Shown here piece by piece: positions 33,210 to 37,417 of a stretch of 37,417 bases of DNA (position 1 is the stretch's first letter; each line of letters starts with the position of its first letter). Where the stretch lies: NCBI GenBank assembly GCA_030587475.2, contig JAUQYZ020000008.1:1-37417 (forward strand). Reading direction: 5' to 3'. This DNA comes from Candidatus Sigynarchaeum calidifontis. GTDB lineage: Archaea; Asgardarchaeota; Lokiarchaeia; Sigyniarchaeales; Sigyniarchaeaceae. The position numbers and the translations under genes were made by a program. The notes beneath the pieces are model-generated. The model worked only from the letters and a program-made list of their open reading frames with translations. It was not told the origin of the DNA and made no database searches.

Positions 33210-35321
33210 ATGTCCCGTGCATCGCATAAACGCCGGGCCCCCTACCTGGGGCGCATCACCACGCGGTGGTGCGCGCCGTGCGACGTTCCAGTCCTTCGCG
33301 GGAAGAATTGCCCGGCTTGCAAAGCCGGGCTCGCGGAGATCGAGATAGCACCGCCCGGCGACGTCCGCCCGGCATTCGAATACGACATGGCCTTGCTTAG
33401 GGAAACGTGCGATGCCGTGTTCGTGCCCGGGATGGGACAATACCTGTTTCCCGACAAGACCCTCGTGCTGTTGAACAAGGTCGGATCGATGGACCTCGAT
33501 TACCAGGTCATCGTCCACGGCGCGTGGATCGGGAACCTTCGCTACGATATTTTCAAGAAAACATACACGTTCTTGCCGACCCTGGAGGGTGCCAAGTGGA
33601 TCTTCAAGCATTACACGGACAACGGGCTTATTCGAGACGATACAATAGCACCGAAATGTATCGAGTACAAGGCGGATGCCGAGCAATACATCGCCAAGGG
33701 TACAAACATCCTCGTGCCTGGCATCGCCAAGATCGACAAAAATGTCCGCGAGGGCGACCCGTGCATCGTCTATTCCCCGAACGGCGTCATCGCTGCTGGC
33801 CATTACACCGCGGGACGCGAGGAGATCGAGAAGATGCTTGCGGGGGGAAGGGGGCGCGTGGCCAAGCCGAAGCATTGGAGTGCCCCCGTCCCTGTTTCTG
33901 CGATCCCGGATCCACGCTCGTATCCACCCAAGACATGGAATGACGCCATCGCGGTCAACGACCGCATCATCGATAAAAACGTCAAGAGCTCGATCGGTTT
34001 CATTCATAACACGATTGACGAGTATCACGAGCTGCCAGTGGCAGTGGCCTACTCGGGCGGGAAGGATAGCCTTGCCACGTTGCTTCTCGTGCGCAAGGCA
34101 ATCGGGCCTGGCGCGGGCGAGCGTCAAAAGCCGTTTTCGATTTTTTTCGCAGACACCGGGCTCGAATTGCCTGAAGTATTGCAGAACGTGCAAGACGTGG
34201 TCTCGTGGGCAGGCTTGCGCGGCGCTTTTTTCACGCGATCGGCCGGGGACAAGTTCTGGTCGCTCGTGGAAAAGTTCGGGCCGCCCGCGAGGGACTTCCG
34301 GTTTTGCTGCCACACGCTCAAGGCGAGCCAGATCAACGAAATGATCGAGGCGATGGTCGCCAAGGCCGGTGGAAAACCGGATGCCAAGATCCTGGTCTTT
34401 CTCGGGCAGCGCCAGTACGAAAGTTTCAGCCGTGCAGAGGATAACCGGGTTTACACCAACTCCTACGTGCCCATGCAGGTCATCGGCACGCCGATCAAGC
34501 AATGGACGGCGCTCGACGAGTGGCTCTTCCTTCTCCGTGAACAGATGCTCGATCCGGCCGTGCCCATCAACCCGCTCTATTTCCAGGGGCACGACCGTCT
34601 CGGCTGTTTCCTCTGCCCCGCGCAGAGCGTGGCGAGCCTCGACCGCTTGCGCGAGACGCACCCGGCCTTGCACGAGCGCTGGCAATCGTTCCTGGAGCAA
34701 TACCGGGCGAAGCATGGCTATCCAGCCGAATGGCTCGACTGGGGCTTGTGGCGGTTCAAGCACCCGAAGGGGCAATGGAAAGACGTGGCAGCGCGGCTAC
34801 CAGCCGCCACCGCGCCCGTGCAGAAGACCGAGCAAGTCTCGATGGAGGCTATCAAGCTGTTCGTGACCAAGGGGATATCGCCTTGCACGGCGGGCGGGTT
34901 TTCCGTGAAGGCCCGGTTTTCCGTCCCGCTCGTCCTTCCCGAGCTGTTACCGTGGGTCCAGACCGTCGACAAGCGCGTGCAGCACGACGAGAGCTCTGGC
35001 TTGCTGTACATGTACGAACCAGACGTTCGCTTCATGCTTTTCGCCGACGGGTCGGTTTTCTTGCAATCGCCGGATGAAAAATACGATTTCGATCGCTTTT
35101 TAATCCATTTGCTCGGCGTGACCGCGCGGAGCATGGCATGCGAGCGATGTGGCGTCTGCATGAACGTGTGCCCGACAGGGGCGATAACCAAGGATGAAGA
35201 TGGTGACATCCAGATCGATCCGGGCAAGTGCGCGGGCATCGGTTGCCAAAAATGCACGCACCACTGTCCCGTGCACCACGTCGTGAAGGGCAACGTCATC
35301 CCTGCCACGGGGCAAGAATGA
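33210..35321 (+). CDS. PAPS-reductase-family (PP-loop) protein with N-terminal Zn knuckle, PUA domain and C-terminal 4Fe-4S ferredoxin domain
   Basis: WCAPCDVP..CPAC; GTNILVPGI PUA; YSGGKDS; FCCHTLK; RLGCFLCP; CERCGVCMNVCP and CAGIGCQKCTHHCP. Confidence 0.9.
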   Translation: MSRASHKRRAPYLGRITTRWCAPCDVPVLRGKNCPACKAGLAEIEIAPPGDVRPAFEYDMALLRETCDAVFVPGMGQYLFPDKTLVLLNKVGSMDLDYQVIVHGAWIGNLRYDIFKKTYTFLPTLEGAKWIFKHYTDNGLIRDDTIAPKCIEYKADAEQYIAKGTNILVPGIAKIDKNVREGDPCIVYSPNGVIAAGHYTAGREEIEKMLAGGRGRVAKPKHWSAPVPVSAIPDPRSYPPKTWNDAIAVNDRIIDKNVKSSIGFIHNTIDEYHELPVAVAYSGGKDSLATLLLVRKAIGPGAGERQKPFSIFFADTGLELPEVLQNVQDVVSWAGLRGAFFTRSAGDKFWSLVEKFGPPARDFRFCCHTLKASQINEMIEAMVAKAGGKPDAKILVFLGQRQYESFSRAEDNRVYTNSYVPMQVIGTPIKQWTALDEWLFLLREQMLDPAVPINPLYFQGHDRLGCFLCPAQSVASLDRLRETHPALHERWQSFLEQYRAKHGYPAEWLDWGLWRFKHPKGQWKDVAARLPAATAPVQKTEQVSMEAIKLFVTKGISPCTAGGFSVKARFSVPLVLPELLPWVQTVDKRVQHDESSGLLYMYEPDVRFMLFADGSVFLQSPDEKYDFDRFLIHLLGVTARSMACERCGVCMNVCPTGAITKDEDGDIQIDPGKCAGIGCQKCTHHCPVHHVVKGNVIPATGQE

Positions 35322-35381
35322 ATTGATATCAAGAAAAAATCACGGGAAAAAAGAAAAAACAAAGTAACAGCAGTGAATCGC

Positions 35382-37417
35382 TCATTTCTTAATGGTTGAA
35401 GCGAGGTCAAAAAGAAGATTTCTCACGCGCGCATTTCGTTGATCATATTCTTCTTTTGTGAGTTTACCATCCTTGAATAAAGTCTCGACAGCAACCAATT
35501 CCTTTCGTAGCTCCTCGAACTGGGCTTCTTGGGATTGAAGAACTTGGCTTGCTTGGATCAGCGGTAAGGCCTTCGATCTAGTCGTTGTATCGGCAGTGTA
35601 CCCTTTCGGTACTTTTGGCGATGACCCCCTATCAAAGGCAGCATCGCTCCTCAGCGTCTTGCTTGTTTGCTTGGATGCCGGGGATTCCTTTAATTTTTTC
35701 TGCGCGAGTTTTACGTTCGTTTTATGCGCCGCGTGCAAGGCCAACCCCATTATGGTCAGTCCGATAGAGACAACTAGCACGATGGCTAAAAATTCTGGTG
35801 TAGCGAGATATTCAAGCAAAGAATCCGATTCCATCGGGTTGCCCTTGCTGACCGTGATCGTCATGCTGAAGCTCGCGGCGTCTCCATCTGAATCGGTTAT
35901 CACGAGCACCACGATGAATATGCCCTCGGTATTGAACACGTGGGTCGCGTTTTCCGTGGTCACGTTGGCCGATCCGTCACCGAAGTTCCACATGTATGTT
36001 GTTGGCCCGTTTCCAGCTAATCCATGATACACGAAGGTAATCGAATCCCCTGGCCTGATAGTGGTTGCATTTGCAGAGAAAACAGCGCTCGGGAAAAGCT
36101 GGAGCACGATTCGTGCGATAATCCAATCCCCCGCTGTCCCACCGTAACCATCATTTACGACCATCGTTAGGTTATACGTGCCCGGAGCAAGGAAAGCAAT
36201 GTTCACGTCGATCGGGGAGCCACTGGTCCATGTTCCGAAGAGAATGCCAGTTCCGTTCCTATATAGAGCGTAGGTGGCCCCGCTCACGCTCGCATCGGTA
36301 GCAATCCATGAGACGCTCATGACCGGAACGTCGCTCTTGAACACAACATCCGCCGGGCTCGAAATGACCGGGGCAATGTTATACACGGTGACGAACACCT
36401 GGCCTTGCACGTTCCCTCCGAGCCCGTCGCTTGCATTGATCGAGAATAGGTACGTGCCAACGGGGAGTCCATCGACACTGATAGACACGGGGGTGTTGTT
36501 GGTCCAAGTGCCCGTGTCAACGACCGTGCCATCGCGCTTGATGGTATAACTCGTTGTGCCGATGTCGCAATCTGAAATAGTCCACGAGATGAAATTCCCC
36601 GTCTCTCCATGGTTATAACTGATGTTCGCCGGGGTCGTGATCGATGGAACGGCTGTGAGCACGGTTACAAGCACGACATCTATCGCCAAGCCACCAAACC
36701 CGTCCGTGGCAATTATTGCAATCGAATACAAGCCGTTTGCGAGATCATCGACGCTATATCCAAAGGGCACATCGCTTGCCCAGGAGCCAGAAAAAACAGA
36801 AACGTTGTTCCTTTCGATAACATAGCTTGTGGCACCCGTGCTTAGATCGATGATGTTCCATGAGATGAAGTTTCCTGTCTCGCCAAAGGTATAGACGATA
36901 TCTGCGGGATGGGTGATCGATGGTGCGACGTTCAAGACGATGACGAGTACCGTGTCTTGAATGAATGAGCCAAAGCCATCATTCACGTTGATGCTGTAGA
37001 GATAGCTCCCGACAGCAAGACCATCGATATTGATCGAAACTGGGACGCCATTAGACCACGAGACATTTACCGAGAACGATGCGTTGTTCGTGATAAGGCA
37101 CGTGGGATTGTTGGTTGTTGAATCGGTGATCGTCCAGCTGATCATATGACCGGTCGTGCCGTGCGAGTAAGAAACATCATCGGGAGTTGAAATTACGGGT
37201 GGTAAATTCGTCAACACCACGTTCAACAAGACATCATCCTGTACAGACGCTCCCAAACCGTCGCTCGCGTTGATCGTGTAGAGATAACACCCGACAGCTA
37301 GTCCATCAACATCGATGATGATTGGAATGCTTGAGATCCAGATCCCGGTCTCGATGACTGTTCCGTTCCTGAGAACGTAATAACTCGTCGTTCCGACGTT
37401 TGGATCGGTTACAATCC
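35382..37417 (-). CDS. Large cell-surface protein (5' end beyond window): tandem ~92-aa Ig-like repeats, PKD domain, TM anchor, SHOCT-like tail
   Basis: Frame open to 37417; repeats P.I..P.D..Y..G.TG..ISW...DGL.VG.Y...DG.G; PKD WNFGDG; LFKDGKLTKEEY tail. Confidence 0.88.
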   Translation of the reverse strand, partial: IVTDPNVGTTSYYVLRNGTVIETGIWISSIPIIIDVDGLAVGCYLYTINASDGLGASVQDDVLLNVVLTNLPPVISTPDDVSYSHGTTGHMISWTITDSTTNNPTCLITNNASFSVNVSWSNGVPVSINIDGLAVGSYLYSINVNDGFGSFIQDTVLVIVLNVAPSITHPADIVYTFGETGNFISWNIIDLSTGATSYVIERNNVSVFSGSWASDVPFGYSVDDLANGLYSIAIIATDGFGGLAIDVVLVTVLTAVPSITTPANISYNHGETGNFISWTISDCDIGTTSYTIKRDGTVVDTGTWTNNTPVSISVDGLPVGTYLFSINASDGLGGNVQGQVFVTVYNIAPVISSPADVVFKSDVPVMSVSWIATDASVSGATYALYRNGTGILFGTWTSGSPIDVNIAFLAPGTYNLTMVVNDGYGGTAGDWIIARIVLQLFPSAVFSANATTIRPGDSITFVYHGLAGNGPTTYMWNFGDGSANVTTENATHVFNTEGIFIVVLVITDSDGDAASFSMTITVSKGNPMESDSLLEYLATPEFLAIVLVVSIGLTIMGLALHAAHKTNVKLAQKKLKESPASKQTSKTLRSDAAFDRGSSPKVPKGYTADTTTRSKALPLIQASQVLQSQEAQFEELRKELVAVETLFKDGKLTKEEYDQRNARVRNLLFDLASTIKK

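Overview
GC-rich archaeal chromosomal window, most likely an Asgard archaeon of Lokiarchaeia type. This is inferred from the tail-less histone, Elf1, a 7TM/longin-like fusion, TATA/BRE promoters, T-tract terminators and archaeal tRNA identity elements. Bases 1-1814 hold the right end of an intron-less tRNA array that runs off the left edge. It has 11 complete tRNAs grouped by amino acid, one partial and one decayed tRNA, and a GNAT acetyltransferase gene inside the Arg block. Eight of the 11 complete tRNAs carry C33 instead of the near-universal U33, the most striking signal in the window. Next come a glycosidase-like propeller, an amidohydrolase, a 2-hydroxyacyl-CoA dehydratase pair and an extended Elf1. 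A ZIP transporter and DtxR-family repressor are divergent and share two matching palindromic operators. Then come membrane proteins, a Zn-ribbon/polyproline/WH2-like/winged-helix protein and pyrF with a long structured leader. A SWIM-YehL-DUF5682-VWA operon ends in an SSB-like OB-fold/HIRAN fusion. The window closes with a histone, a propeller plus Gfo/Idh/MocA pair, a pseudo-amidohydrolase/YjbQ fusion, a PUA/PAPS-reductase-family protein and the 3' part of a large Ig-repeat surface protein. All calls come from reading motifs by eye; no searches were run.
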